Positions 1 to 10,272 of a DNA stretch of 64,000 nt are shown here, piece by piece (position 1 is the stretch's first letter; every line of letters starts with the position of its first letter). Below the pieces are notes generated by a model, which did not search any database, was not told where the DNA came from, and worked only from the letters and a program-made list of their open reading frames with translations. This DNA is from Pirellulaceae bacterium (GTDB lineage Bacteria; Planctomycetota; Planctomycetia; Pirellulales; Pirellulaceae). The stretch covers positions 41,745 to 105,744 of the forward strand of contig JBGSHW010000084.1 in NCBI GenBank assembly GCA_041751975.1, given 5' to 3'. The position numbers were made by a program, and so were the translations under genes.

Positions 1-1088
1 ACGAACTCGGCGATGCTCCCATCGGCTTGATACTGGACACCATAGGGCACATGCTGCACGTTTCGCAGGAATACGTAACTCTCCGGAATCGTCCGTGCAT
101 CGAGGACCGAGTGGGTCACGCTGAAGGCGGTCGCATTGACCGGATGAGCAAAGACAATCGCTTGGACTGCAGGATGACGACGATAGAGGGCTTGATGGGC
201 GAGCACCGCACGACTTGCCTTTTTCCCTGCCTCGCGTTGACCGCAGTTGATCAACACCAAATCCTCGAGCACCAGGGACTCACGATCTTTTTGCGTTGGG
301 GTGATCAAGAACGAATCGTTATCTACCCTTGCGGAGTAACTTCCTTCGGTACTGATCAACAGCCGTTGCCGACAGCCACGCCGGATGAACTCGCACAATT
401 GCCGTCGCAATTCCTGTTCCATGGCCGTAGCGTTTGCGGGGGTGAACGATTCAAGATCGACGCTGCGACCGGCGGCTTGCTGAAGTTGGGCGTCCGTGAG
501 GTATCGCACTTCTCCCAAGCGACTCGCTTTGATCAACGTCTTGCCCGCGAACTCAAACGCTTCGAATCGCTCGAAGGCAGAGGCCAACGCTTCGCCCCCG
601 ACCACCACGCCGTGGTTCTCAAGAATAACACTGTCGCAACCCTGCAGAAATGTCTGGGCGATATTTTCGCCAAGCTGTCGGCTGCCAGGCAAAGCGTAAG
701 GGGCAAAGCCCAAGCCACCGCACACCGCATGGGCTTGATGAAACAACCGCGTGTTGGGGACTTGCCGGCAGATACTGAACGCGACCAAGGCAACAGGATG
801 GGCGTGCACGATCGCGCGGATGTCGGGTCGGGCCGTGTAGATGGCTTGATGAAACGGAAACTCCGACGAGGCCGGATGCAAGCCATGGCTGACTCCATCG
901 GGGCTGACGCGAACAATGTCCCGGCGATTCAAACTACCTTTATCGACCCTGGCCGGTGTGATCCACACATCGCCGTGTGGATCACGAATGGAAAGGTTGC
1001 CGCCGGAGGTGGTCGTCATCCGATAACGATAAATGCGCTCCATCGTGTGGATAATCTCATCGCGCGGATGAACCAAGGGGCGTAACAT
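1..1088 (-). CDS. Tandem two-domain class II aldolase/adducin family protein (fuculose/rhamnulose-1-P aldolase-like); partial, runs off the left edge
   Basis: Not in the ORF track because it is open at the edge. Manual minus-strand translation from ATG at 1088 gives [36 protein letters not shown]...[11 protein letters not shown]...IVHAHP...ENHG, followed in frame by a second aldolase-like repeat (STEGSYSAR...HQALYRRHP...FAHP). Confidence 0.88.
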   Translation of the reverse strand, partial: MLRPLVHPRDEIIHTMERIYRYRMTTTSGGNLSIRDPHGDVWITPARVDKGSLNRRDIVRVSPDGVSHGLHPASSEFPFHQAIYTARPDIRAIVHAHPVALVAFSICRQVPNTRLFHQAHAVCGGLGFAPYALPGSRQLGENIAQTFLQGCDSVILENHGVVVGGEALASAFERFEAFEFAGKTLIKASRLGEVRYLTDAQLQQAAGRSVDLESFTPANATAMEQELRRQLCEFIRRGCRQRLLISTEGSYSARVDNDSFLITPTQKDRESLVLEDLVLINCGQREAGKKASRAVLAHQALYRRHPAVQAIVFAHPVNATAFSVTHSVLDARTIPESYVFLRNVQHVPYGVQYQADGSIAEF

Positions 1089-1161
1089 ATTGCAATATCC
1101 GAAGGGAGTTCATAACGCGGAAAAAGGCCACCACCGCACATCGTATCCGCTGCACTGTCGC

Positions 1162-2652
1162 TCAGCCGAGTGGACGCACGACCGAGGTACTGCGATAGTA
1201 GTCGAGTAGCGTCTCGACCGACAACACACCACCTCCCATGCCGCTCTTGTTGATGCCACCGTAAGGGACTCCATGGGCGAAAACATTGTGCGCATTGATC
1301 CAGCTGTTGCCCGCGACCATCGACTCAGCCACCCGCGCAGCCCGGCTGAGGTCCTCGGTCCAGACACTATTTGCCAAACCATAGTCGGTTTGATTAGCCA
1401 TATGAATAGCCTCTTGTTCGCTCTTGAACTTGGCCAAGAAAGCCACTGGTCCAAAGATCTCTTCGCGGGCCGCTACGTTATCGAGCGAGCCAGCCAAGAG
1501 AGCTGGCTTCACGTACTGCCCCTCGTAGCCCTCGACGGTTGCCAAGCCTCCTGCGAGCACACATGTAGCCCCAGCCGCTTGCCCTTTCTCCAAATAGCCA
1601 ATGACGCGCTGACGTTGTTTGGCGTTGACCACCGGGCCCATCTGCGTGTTCGGGTCGAGTTGATGCCCAATGCGGACCTTCTTCAAACCCTCGACACACA
1701 GCGCTACAAATTCATCGTAGATAGATTCGTGCACCAGCCAACGCGTGGCATCGCAGCAGACTTGACCGCTGTGGAACGTAATTGCGTCAACTAGCTTCTT
1801 AGCGGTTCTGACAACGTCGACATCCTCGAACACCACGGCGGCCCCTTTGCCCCCCAACTCCAATTTGACAGGTACCAAGTTGCGACCACAGGCTTCAGCC
1901 ACCAGACGACCCACTTCGGGCGATCCGGTAAAGCTCATGCGTCGAATGTTTGGATTAGCCGACAAGGCGGCCCCCGTGGTAGCGCCGCGGCCGGTGATGA
2001 CATTGATTACACCGTCGGGAATGCCCACTTCGGCGGCCAGTCTCGCCAAGTAAATTGCCGACAGCGGCGTGTCTTCGGCGGGCTTAATCACTACCGTATT
2101 GCCGGCAACCAAGGCGGGGGAGATACCCCAGCCGATCAATAAAAACGGAAAGTTCCAGGGGAAGATAAACGCGCACGGGCCCCACGGTTGACGATAGGTC
2201 CACGCTTCATGTCCAGCCACAGCCAGGGTCGTTCGCGGATTGAAATGCTGCGCCATGTTGACAAAGTATCGCAGCGTATCGACAAAGTTTTGTACATCGC
2301 CTTGCGCCTGGGACTCAATCTTGCCCGCATCCAGCGCTTCGATTTGGGCGATGATCGCTTTGTGTCGCTCGACGGCGTCGGCGAGTCGCTGCAGCAACGC
2401 GCCGCGCTCGTTGACCGGGAGCCGCGACCAAGCCGGAAAGGCTGCTTGGGCCGTCGCTACCACCTGTTGCACTTCGTTCGCATTGAGCTCGTCGATCTGG
2501 GCAATCTTTTCACCGGAGCCCGGATCAAGTACCGCGATCCGCTCACCACTGGAGGCGGGGAAGGGTTTGCCCCCGACGATGCTCGCAAACGTGTGCTGCT
2601 CAAGAAAGGAAGCGACCTCTGGCAACAATTCAACGCTCGTAAGTGTGGGCAT
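1162..2652 (-). CDS. NAD(P)-dependent aldehyde dehydrogenase
   Basis: FPWNFP, KPAEDTP, FTGSPEVG, ELGGKG, GQVCC (catalytic Cys) and EEIFGPV motifs; start placed at ATG 2652 (MPTLTS) after a GGAG RBS. Confidence 0.95.
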   Translation of the reverse strand: MPTLTSVELLPEVASFLEQHTFASIVGGKPFPASSGERIAVLDPGSGEKIAQIDELNANEVQQVVATAQAAFPAWSRLPVNERGALLQRLADAVERHKAIIAQIEALDAGKIESQAQGDVQNFVDTLRYFVNMAQHFNPRTTLAVAGHEAWTYRQPWGPCAFIFPWNFPFLLIGWGISPALVAGNTVVIKPAEDTPLSAIYLARLAAEVGIPDGVINVITGRGATTGAALSANPNIRRMSFTGSPEVGRLVAEACGRNLVPVKLELGGKGAAVVFEDVDVVRTAKKLVDAITFHSGQVCCDATRWLVHESIYDEFVALCVEGLKKVRIGHQLDPNTQMGPVVNAKQRQRVIGYLEKGQAAGATCVLAGGLATVEGYEGQYVKPALLAGSLDNVAAREEIFGPVAFLAKFKSEQEAIHMANQTDYGLANSVWTEDLSRAARVAESMVAGNSWINAHNVFAHGVPYGGINKSGMGGGVLSVETLLDYYRSTSVVRPLG

Positions 2653-2768
2653 GGGGTTTCTCCAAGAGTCGTGGTTGGGGGGATGCGGGGGCGTTGGCTT
2701 GCCCACCTCAGGGCCCTTCATTGTACCCAACTTTCATCTCTTTTGTTCTGCCACTTCAGCGGCTCGGA

Positions 2769-4199
2769 CTAACCACCGCTCTTGGTTCTCACTTCCAGGC
2801 AACGCAGGTGCGCGCGGGCAACTTGCGCGCGGGCCGACCAACCCGCGGCTACGGCCGCCTGAGCGAGCGAGCGCAGGATGTGGTGATAATCCTCCAGTTG
2901 CGGAGCACCCAGGTCCCAACCGGCGCGATAGTAGCTCGCATAAGCGGCCGCGGCATCTCCGTCACGCATCTGCTGGTCACCGCTCCCTTGCCAAAAGGCT
3001 TGCACCCGTTCGAGCAGCTTGCCATCGGAGGCTTGGCAGACGATGCGCATGTAAGGGTCTTGAGCGACCAGGGAAGAATGCTCTGCCGACAATTCCGCGA
3101 GTTGCGACGTCGAGAACTTTCCATGCTGTTGATTGAACCAGTGAGTCCGCAGCCGCACAGCTTGATTGGAGAACGAGGAGGCTAAGCAACCGGCGCGGTA
3201 GATTTCAATTGCATGGGTAAGCTCGCCAACGCGCTGATGGCACCAGCCTAAGATATCGCTTGCCCACCCCAAGTCTTGCCGCTCGAGCATGACCGCTTGG
3301 CACGTTGATTTAGCAAGCTCCCAATCTTGAGCGGGCAGTGAACTGGCTGCCTGTGAAAGATACGCTGGCGCTGGAAAGGATGCGGAGTCGAATAGCCAAC
3401 GGGCAAATGCATTGGCATCGCTGGCTGGCAAGCTCGCTTGAGAGTCCAAAGCGATCTGCGCCCGCGGAAATTGCAACGCCTCCTCTACCAGATCGCAGGC
3501 CGTCGCCGCCGAGGCCCAGCCGTGGGCCAGCATCAGGTGCAAGGCGTCCGAGTAGCGACCTTGCTGCAGACTCCTGAAGATCTCCGCCAAGGTCGATTCG
3601 GCTTGGGCTCTGTCCTTAGATACCAGTGATGCACTGGCTGTCACCGCACTGGAGTCACGCGCTAGTGAGTCATGCTGTGCCAAGCCATCGACGAGCCAAT
3701 CTTGGAACTGTGGATTCTCAAGCTTGTCCGATACCCCATGCAGATGATCCGGCTCCAAAGTTTCAAAGGCGCCGCGCAACATTTGCTGCCGCAGGGGACG
3801 GTACTGGTCCACTACGTCGTGTAGCAGGGCTTGTTCCATGTTTTCCCCCACAGGAATCCAATCACCACCACCGTGGTACCAGTGAATCAACTCACCCAAT
3901 CCACCGGCCGCTGTGACGCGCGCGCAGATCCAGTCACCGTACTCGTTGCCAATGATCGGTAAGGTATCGGGGAGCATGAAGCCAGGCCAAATCACGTCGG
4001 GAGCGTCCCTGAGCAGTCGCGTGGTCGAGACAGGGGACTGAAAAGCTCCTGGAAACGACAGGTGCGGAGCCACCTCGCGAAACCAGGTTGACCAAGACTC
4101 CCCCAACTGCAATTGGTAGCGATCAGCGATATTGTCGGCAGGCTGATCCATCGAATTCCAAAACGTCAGGGCAGAGAAGAGAAGATTAGATGCGTACAA
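2769..4199 (-). CDS. SMI1/KNR4-like N-terminal domain protein with a helical (TPR-like) C-terminus
   Basis: 476-aa ORF; LPIIGNEYGDWIC...ELIHWYHGGG resembles the SMI1/KNR4 core; Ala/Leu-rich helical C-terminus. Confidence 0.5.
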   Translation of the reverse strand: MYASNLLFSALTFWNSMDQPADNIADRYQLQLGESWSTWFREVAPHLSFPGAFQSPVSTTRLLRDAPDVIWPGFMLPDTLPIIGNEYGDWICARVTAAGGLGELIHWYHGGGDWIPVGENMEQALLHDVVDQYRPLRQQMLRGAFETLEPDHLHGVSDKLENPQFQDWLVDGLAQHDSLARDSSAVTASASLVSKDRAQAESTLAEIFRSLQQGRYSDALHLMLAHGWASAATACDLVEEALQFPRAQIALDSQASLPASDANAFARWLFDSASFPAPAYLSQAASSLPAQDWELAKSTCQAVMLERQDLGWASDILGWCHQRVGELTHAIEIYRAGCLASSFSNQAVRLRTHWFNQQHGKFSTSQLAELSAEHSSLVAQDPYMRIVCQASDGKLLERVQAFWQGSGDQQMRDGDAAAAYASYYRAGWDLGAPQLEDYHHILRSLAQAAVAAGWSARAQVARAHLRCLEVRTKSGG

Positions 4200-5406
4200 A
4201 AATACGCTGCCGATAGAGCCATAATAATATCAACCACATCACCAGGAGAATAGACGAACCGAGCAGAACCGGATGCCACGCCTCACCTGCGATCGAAAAG
4301 GTCCCTTCCCCCAAATGTCGCTCCAAAAACGCTCGTATGGGTTTCTCCATCGTCCAGCTCATGACATAGGCCACAATCGAGTTGGCTCCGATCACTAGCA
4401 GTGGCCAGGCCCACATCCGCCAGCCCCGCACGTCGCAAATCAAGTGCAAGCCACCCAGCACCAGCCAGCACAGGCCGCCACTGACGAGTACCCAGGAGGG
4501 TGTCCAAATCCGTTTCACCACGGGGCAAACGCCCACCTCACCTAGTCCCCAGCCGACCGCCAGCAGGGCCGCACCGGGGAGCAGTAAGCTCAGTAACTTA
4601 CGATTGACACTCTGCGGTCGTTGCAACACCAGCCCTGCCAAACCGCCGAGGAGCATCGTCGCCAAAGTGGGAATGAAGCTGAGTGTCGAATAGCCACCGC
4701 GGGCTGCAACGTAGCCCTCTTCCTGCGCGAATAGACTCATCAACCATACTTCAAATTGATGAGCTGGATTGGTACCGATGTTCCAATGCGCTGCAAAGCC
4801 GTTCAAGAACTGAGGCCAATCGGCAGGTACATTCACTGTCCGATAATCGAAGTCTGCAGTGGGTAGTGGCCATAGAGCGAATAGTCCCCAATAGCCCACC
4901 AGTATCACAAACAGAGCTGCAATCTGGCGTTTCCAACTGAATTGTGCGAGGCAGAACAACAGAAAATAGCCCAGACCAATTTGCGTGAGCGTATCGACAA
5001 AGTAAAAGTTCGTTTGTTCTTTTCCTAAACTCCGCAGCAGCACACCGAGCACGATCAGCAGGATACTTCGCCACAGTGCGTGTGTCGCCAACTGAGACCA
5101 CGTTGCACCGGTAGCGCGTCGTGCGGCCAGCGAAAAAGGGAGCGACACACCCACCAAAAAGGTAAAGCTGGGTTGAATCATGTCATGCAGTGAACAGCCG
5201 ACCCAGGCGACATGCGTGGTATGAAAAGCCAACCATTGAGCGATGGAACTCGACGGAAACGCCGCGCTCAGGCTCATCAACTCCAGTACCTCCGCCAGCA
5301 TCAAGAACATGACCAGCCCGCGATAGGTGTCGATCGATGCAAGCCGCGGCGGTGCTTCGCGGTTAGAAGGCTCATAAGGCGCGGTGAGGCCAACTGGAGT
5401 AGACAT
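4186..5406 (-). CDS. Heparan-alpha-glucosaminide N-acetyltransferase-like (DUF5009/HGSNAT-type) membrane acyltransferase
   Basis: RLASIDTYRGL, HVAWVGCSLHDMIQPSFTFLVG, VVKRIWTPSW and GANSIVAY motifs; multiple TM helices. Confidence 0.82.
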   Translation of the reverse strand: MSTPVGLTAPYEPSNREAPPRLASIDTYRGLVMFLMLAEVLELMSLSAAFPSSSIAQWLAFHTTHVAWVGCSLHDMIQPSFTFLVGVSLPFSLAARRATGATWSQLATHALWRSILLIVLGVLLRSLGKEQTNFYFVDTLTQIGLGYFLLFCLAQFSWKRQIAALFVILVGYWGLFALWPLPTADFDYRTVNVPADWPQFLNGFAAHWNIGTNPAHQFEVWLMSLFAQEEGYVAARGGYSTLSFIPTLATMLLGGLAGLVLQRPQSVNRKLLSLLLPGAALLAVGWGLGEVGVCPVVKRIWTPSWVLVSGGLCWLVLGGLHLICDVRGWRMWAWPLLVIGANSIVAYVMSWTMEKPIRAFLERHLGEGTFSIAGEAWHPVLLGSSILLVMWLILLWLYRQRIFVRI

Positions 5407-5442
5407 CGCTTCATTTCTCATAGTGTGAACGGGTTTGATCCC

Positions 5443-5922
5443 TTACGGCTTGCGCGTCGCCAAGTAGACGCGCGTTAAACCAGCCTGACGCGCCCAATCG
5501 TAAACGGTAACAACATCGGCGGCTTGCACCAACGGCTCGGGATCGATGATGACCGGTACATTCGCGCGCACTCCACTCATCGTTAACAAGCGTTGCCGCA
5601 GATCTGCCAACTGCACCAAGGCAACGCCGTTCAGTTTCGCAATGGCGCCCGACTCGGCGTATTCCAACTTAACGACTACTTGCTCCAGCACATCGTCGCT
5701 CGGCTCGGGTGGTGGCGATTCGCTGGCGCCTGCGGCTGGACTCAACTTGGATACATTGCTCGGCATCAACTGTTCGACGATCTGGAAACTGCTCGTTGCC
5801 AGGAAAAAGACCAGCAACAGAAAGATCACGTCGATCATCGGGGTCATCATGATTTCAATCGGTCGCCGTGGTCGCTGGCTACCTCGCCGCCCGCGAGTGC
5901 TGAGCGCGTATTCGGTTCTCAT
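5443..5922 (-). CDS. exbD: ExbD/TolR family biopolymer transport protein
   Basis: [17 protein letters not shown] segment with the conserved Asp. Confidence 0.92.
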   Translation of the reverse strand: MRTEYALSTRGRRGSQRPRRPIEIMMTPMIDVIFLLLVFFLATSSFQIVEQLMPSNVSKLSPAAGASESPPPEPSDDVLEQVVVKLEYAESGAIAKLNGVALVQLADLRQRLLTMSGVRANVPVIIDPEPLVQAADVVTVYDWARQAGLTRVYLATRKP

Positions 5923-6347
5923 CGCTGCCGCTCCTCGTAAACCGAGAAGACGATATCGCCGATCCCCAGTTCGCTGGCGGTTCTCAGGAGGGGTTCAATT
6001 CTCTCGTAAGGGACCGTTTTATCCGTGCGGATTTTCAGCTGCAGCGGTTCGCCGGCTGTCATCTGACCACGGCGCAGGGCGTTGCTCAAACCCTGCTGGT
6101 CGACATCGATCCCGGCGATCCGCCATCCGCCGGTTGCCAGGATATTGACCACCAAGGTGTCCCGTTCTGTCACGTCCGCCAGCCCCGATTGGGCCTTGGG
6201 CAAGTCCAGCTGGACGTTGTTTTCTTGTTTGGCCATGTGGCTTGAGACTAAGAAAAAGATGATCAACAAGAAGACCACGTCGATCATGGGGGTCATGTTG
6301 ATCAATGTCCCGCCGCTGGCCAGTAGTTGCGGACTTTTCATGTTCAT
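5919..6347 (-). CDS. exbD: ExbD/TolR family biopolymer transport protein (second paralog)
   Basis: [17 protein letters not shown] and IRTDKTVPY motifs; 4-bp overlap with the downstream exbD. Confidence 0.93.
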   Translation of the reverse strand: MNMKSPQLLASGGTLINMTPMIDVVFLLIIFFLVSSHMAKQENNVQLDLPKAQSGLADVTERDTLVVNILATGGWRIAGIDVDQQGLSNALRRGQMTAGEPLQLKIRTDKTVPYERIEPLLRTASELGIGDIVFSVYEERQR

Positions 6348-6393
6348 GCTGCTCCCAAGCGAGGTACACCCGTTGAACGAAGAGCAACCGCCA

Positions 6394-7197
6394 TTAAGTG
6401 CGCGGCGGTGTTGGCGGAAGCGTTGGACGCGGCGCGGCTACTTTGGACGCGCGACGCCGCACCGGTGCAAACACATGTTGTGAGACATAAGCGGTCTCGG
6501 CGATCAGTTGATCGATGCGATTACGGAAGACAGCGAAAGCGCCCAGCGATGGGATGGCCACGACCAAGCCAGCCACCGTCGTGACCAGCGCCGAGTAAAT
6601 CCCTTCGGCGAGATCTCCAGCTCCGGCCATCCCCTGCGAAATGGCCACTTGTTGAAAGGCGAAGATCATTCCGGTTACCGTGCCCAACAAGCCGCACATG
6701 GGGGCCAAGTTACCGATCACGGACAGGTACTCGATCTTGCGGTACAGCTTGGCCGCCTGCTCAGCCACCGCATCTTCCATAGCTTTCTCCATCGACTGCC
6801 AACCGAAATCGATCTCGGACAACCCACTGATCAATACGAAGGCCAGTGGGCTCGGTTGCTTGCGACAGGCAGCCTCCGCCTCGGGCAATCGACCTTGCGA
6901 AAGAAGTTGCCGCACTTCGTCGGCCAGTCCCGTTGGCATCACTTCGCGCTTTCTCAGAATCAGCGTCTGCTCGACAATCAGATAGACCGCCACGAGCGAC
7001 AACAGCATCAGCGTCAAGACGATCGTGATACCGATCCAGCCACCACTGAACAAGATATCCAGAAATCCGCGGACTTCGACCGTTGTCGCGGCGGTTGACT
7101 CGGCAGTGGGGGGCTGCGCGGCCGCCGTGCTGGTCAAGAGCAACAGCGTTGCTGCGAACCACAGGCATTTTAAGAGCTGACCGGGTAAATGATTCAT
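6394..7197 (-). CDS. exbB: MotA/TolQ/ExbB proton channel family protein
   Basis: LSVIGNLAPMCGLLGTVTGMI and GIYSALVTTVAGL motifs; start set at the ATGA overlap with the upstream gene. Confidence 0.92.
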   Translation of the reverse strand: MNHLPGQLLKCLWFAATLLLLTSTAAAQPPTAESTAATTVEVRGFLDILFSGGWIGITIVLTLMLLSLVAVYLIVEQTLILRKREVMPTGLADEVRQLLSQGRLPEAEAACRKQPSPLAFVLISGLSEIDFGWQSMEKAMEDAVAEQAAKLYRKIEYLSVIGNLAPMCGLLGTVTGMIFAFQQVAISQGMAGAGDLAEGIYSALVTTVAGLVVAIPSLGAFAVFRNRIDQLIAETAYVSQHVFAPVRRRASKVAAPRPTLPPTPPRT

Positions 7198-8309
7198 TGG
7201 CCTTCCAGTTCCTCGATCCATGTCTCAATCTTCGTGGCTTCCTTCGTCCGACCCGCCCGCGTTAGGCTGGCTGCAGCGGCGCTTAGCGCCTTGCGCGTGC
7301 GATCGTAACGGTCCGCATGCAGCGTGGCAATCCGCATCCACTGCTCCAGCGCTAAATCGGTCTCGCCGACGCGCTGCAAGCGATCGGCCAAGAACTCGGT
7401 GGGCCCCAGTTGCAGCGGCTGTAGCATCCGATCGCGGAAGGCCAACCAAGCGTCCAACTGTTTGAGCGTTGCAGGTGGTGCCACCAGGCGCCAAGCTTGA
7501 GCGGCCGCCAATTCGGCGACCAGCGGGTTCTTGGAAGATTGCAACTGCGAAAGTACTTTGCTCGCCAGCTCGCGCTCGGGTCCGAGCAGCAACCAACTGG
7601 CGCCGAGCAATTTGGCATCTTCAGCCTCGCTTGCCAGCCATTGTTTGGCCGAATCCATTGTAGGCTTGTCCACATCTTGGACCGTCCAGCACAGAGGCAT
7701 GTCGGCGTACAGCAACGGAGGTGGTTGGCTGGCTGCAAGATCCAGGAATAGGATGCCAGCGGTTCGCGTATTGCCCATTGCGAGTGCGGCTTGAATGATA
7801 TGCCCGATCACGAATTGTTGTTGCCAACGCGGCGTGTTCGTCTTCCGTGCTTCGTTCAAGGCCGTGATCGACTCGCGGTAGTTCCGCTGCGCGAACAGTT
7901 CCAAGGCGGCCGTAACCTCCGCATTGCTCCACTGAAAACGAACCGCTTGGACCTCTAAGCTATCGATCGACCGCTGGCTGCCGTCGGAGGCAAGGAGCGT
8001 CAACGTGGCGCGGTCAAAGGTCTGCACGCGGCCACGCAACTCAATGGATCGTGACTGCATCCAAGATGCCGTGTCTTTAGTCGCGGCTGGACGCAGCGTC
8101 ACGCGATCCTCGTTATCCGGGTTGCGGTCGGCGACCGCGTTATCTTCGTTGACCGCTTTGTCTTGGTTGACCGTGTTTCCGCCCGATTGGGTTTCAGATG
8201 CCGGAGCGTCGCCAACCGGCGGCTGCGCGGCGGCTGGGGTTGTGTTCCACAGGCTGCCGAGCAGGTAAACGCTTGCGAGGAATCGTGGGAACGTTGACAT
8301 GCGATTCAA
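7194..8309 (-). CDS. Exported hypothetical protein with helical (TPR-like) repeats, first gene of the exbB-exbD-exbD unit
   Basis: 371-aa ORF with a signal-peptide-like N-terminus ending AAA-Q; overlaps the exbB start. Confidence 0.7.
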   Translation of the reverse strand: MNRMSTFPRFLASVYLLGSLWNTTPAAAQPPVGDAPASETQSGGNTVNQDKAVNEDNAVADRNPDNEDRVTLRPAATKDTASWMQSRSIELRGRVQTFDRATLTLLASDGSQRSIDSLEVQAVRFQWSNAEVTAALELFAQRNYRESITALNEARKTNTPRWQQQFVIGHIIQAALAMGNTRTAGILFLDLAASQPPPLLYADMPLCWTVQDVDKPTMDSAKQWLASEAEDAKLLGASWLLLGPERELASKVLSQLQSSKNPLVAELAAAQAWRLVAPPATLKQLDAWLAFRDRMLQPLQLGPTEFLADRLQRVGETDLALEQWMRIATLHADRYDRTRKALSAAAASLTRAGRTKEATKIETWIEELEGQ

Positions 8310-8354
8310 ACTGCACCAGGCATCGGCAAGAGAGAAGAGCCCGCGGTTGCCGGC

Positions 8355-9329
8355 TTATTTGAGATCCCATGCATCAAGCCACTCAGTTTTCACCGGCTGC
8401 ATGCCGTAATCTTCAACCAGCGTTTTGTGCATGTCTTTCAAATGGCCTGCGCCGTAAAAAATCCCCAGCTTCTTTTTGCCACTTTCGATCTCGCGATCCA
8501 TGACTTGAAATGCTTTGGCATTGCGTTCGGTGATCAGCGTGCTCTTGCCATCTTCGCCGGTGATCGCTGCCATTTGGCCATCCATGGATCCCATTTGTTC
8601 TGCCAGGGAGCGACGCAGGGCGCGGCCGCGGTTCTTGGACATCAGGGCCGAGATGAGATCGAGATCACTGCTTTTTCCAGAGCTCTGCATGGCCAAGCCG
8701 GCACCCATGGAACGGAAAAGCAATTGCAGCATCCCTTCCTTGCGCGTCTCCATCGTCGTGAAGAACTCTTCGGGGGTCATGTCGGCATGCACAAAGTTCT
8801 CGGCTTTGTAGTCGATCTCATCCAACTGAAAAGCGAGCTCGAGCGCGTCCTTCATGCCAACCTGAATCGAGCTGATCGGACTGACTCCCCGTTCTTCCGG
8901 ATCGGGAAGCCCCTGCTCCGGATCGGCGACCAATTCGTAAAGCAACGCATCGAAGCCCATGAACATCTGGTTGAGCCGACTGTAGTAGGTCGGTTCGCCA
9001 ATGTGCACGGCACCGATCAGGGTGACTTCCACCCCTGCGTCGTCCCCTGGCTTGCGATAGGTAACCGAAGCTGTTTGTAAGGCTTGCAGTTGCTTGTCGA
9101 CCTTGTGCACTCGCACGAACTCGGGCGGTTTGGGCTTCTTGGTCTTCTTGCCAATTTTTTCCGAGGTCGCATCTTTTTCCGAGGTCGCATCGACCGCTAG
9201 AACCACCGCTGGCTCGTCGGCCGGGGCGACCAGCGTCGTTTCTTGTGCGGAGAGCGAGCGCGAGACGGATATCGCGACGACCATCGCGACGCATGAGGCG
9301 AACCCGAGTTTTTTCGACACACGTGCCAT
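8355..9329 (-). CDS. TraB/GumN (TIKI-like) family exported protein
   Basis: Signal peptide; IGAVHIG...LLYELV, ITERN and FYGAGHL motifs. Confidence 0.65.
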   Translation of the reverse strand: MARVSKKLGFASCVAMVVAISVSRSLSAQETTLVAPADEPAVVLAVDATSEKDATSEKIGKKTKKPKPPEFVRVHKVDKQLQALQTASVTYRKPGDDAGVEVTLIGAVHIGEPTYYSRLNQMFMGFDALLYELVADPEQGLPDPEERGVSPISSIQVGMKDALELAFQLDEIDYKAENFVHADMTPEEFFTTMETRKEGMLQLLFRSMGAGLAMQSSGKSSDLDLISALMSKNRGRALRRSLAEQMGSMDGQMAAITGEDGKSTLITERNAKAFQVMDREIESGKKKLGIFYGAGHLKDMHKTLVEDYGMQPVKTEWLDAWDLK

Positions 9330-9425
9330 AGGGCCAATTCCTTAGTTTCGTAGAGTGACTCACCTCGCCAATGTGCTCAAGGTACCCGTTAATGCGAGGT
9401 GCAACAAGCTTCCCTTCATTCTACG

Positions 9426-10217
9426 CTACCGGGTAGTCCGGAGCAGGCTGTCGGATAGAGTTGCTTGGAGCGGGTCAAAGCCCGGTGAGGAAAGCCCCAA
9501 GTGAATGTGCTGCCGCCAACCCTCGGCCAGCTCAAAACGACCGCTCAGTCCGCCCACTTCGCGGTTCAGCTCTTCCATGGTGGTGAGATAGGAGCTGAGT
9601 TGTTGTGTTTCGTCTAGCCATTGATCTTGGCTGGCATGTGCGGAGAGTAGTCGCCGTTTCGTCGCCAGATGGTGGGTTACATCGACAAAGTGGGTCGGAA
9701 TCACCATGTTTCCGAGTGGATCGCGGTTGCCATGCGGCTGTGCATGGTAGACCGCCACCTCCCCATCGTAGCTGAGCACCGCTGGCGTCGTCACAAAGTT
9801 GGGCATGCCCCTGACGAAAGCCCCCCCCACGGCCAAGCGCGCTGCGTTCTGGTGATCTTCCATGTAATCGCTCAGGGCATGGGTCAGGACGATCGTCGGC
9901 TTGACTTGCCGCACCACCGCAGCCACTCTTGCGTGCAGTTCGGGGTTGTAAAAGACCTCTAGGTCATTGCAGATCGGCGCATGGAACGTGGCGGGAATCA
10001 AGGCGGCCGCCGTTTGAGCTTCGGTCAAGCGCACCGCCGCGCATTGCGCGCGGCTGAGTTGCTTGGAGCCGCAACAGCCGTTGGCCAAGTTGAAATAATG
10101 GATCCCCCAACCGCGTGCGGCCAGTTCCAGCAGCGTCCCCGCCATCACGAACTCGATGTCGTCTGGATGGGCTGCAATTGCCAAAACGGTGGGTTGAGTC
10201 GCGGTGGGGTGTACCAT
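9426..10217 (-). CDS. PIG-L/LmbE family N-acetyl deacetylase
   Basis: AAHPDDIEF metal motif; THALSDYMEDH second motif. Confidence 0.9.
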   Translation of the reverse strand: MVHPTATQPTVLAIAAHPDDIEFVMAGTLLELAARGWGIHYFNLANGCCGSKQLSRAQCAAVRLTEAQTAAALIPATFHAPICNDLEVFYNPELHARVAAVVRQVKPTIVLTHALSDYMEDHQNAARLAVGGAFVRGMPNFVTTPAVLSYDGEVAVYHAQPHGNRDPLGNMVIPTHFVDVTHHLATKRRLLSAHASQDQWLDETQQLSSYLTTMEELNREVGGLSGRFELAEGWRQHIHLGLSSPGFDPLQATLSDSLLRTTR

Positions 10218-10272
10218 ATTTTTCTAGCGTTGAACGCGTTTGGTATTTGTCTATCGTTGTGAACGCGATTGT

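Noticed and set aside
27-1085. 352-aa plus-strand ORF
   Set aside because: Antisense shadow of the class II aldolase on the minus strand, which has clear family motifs
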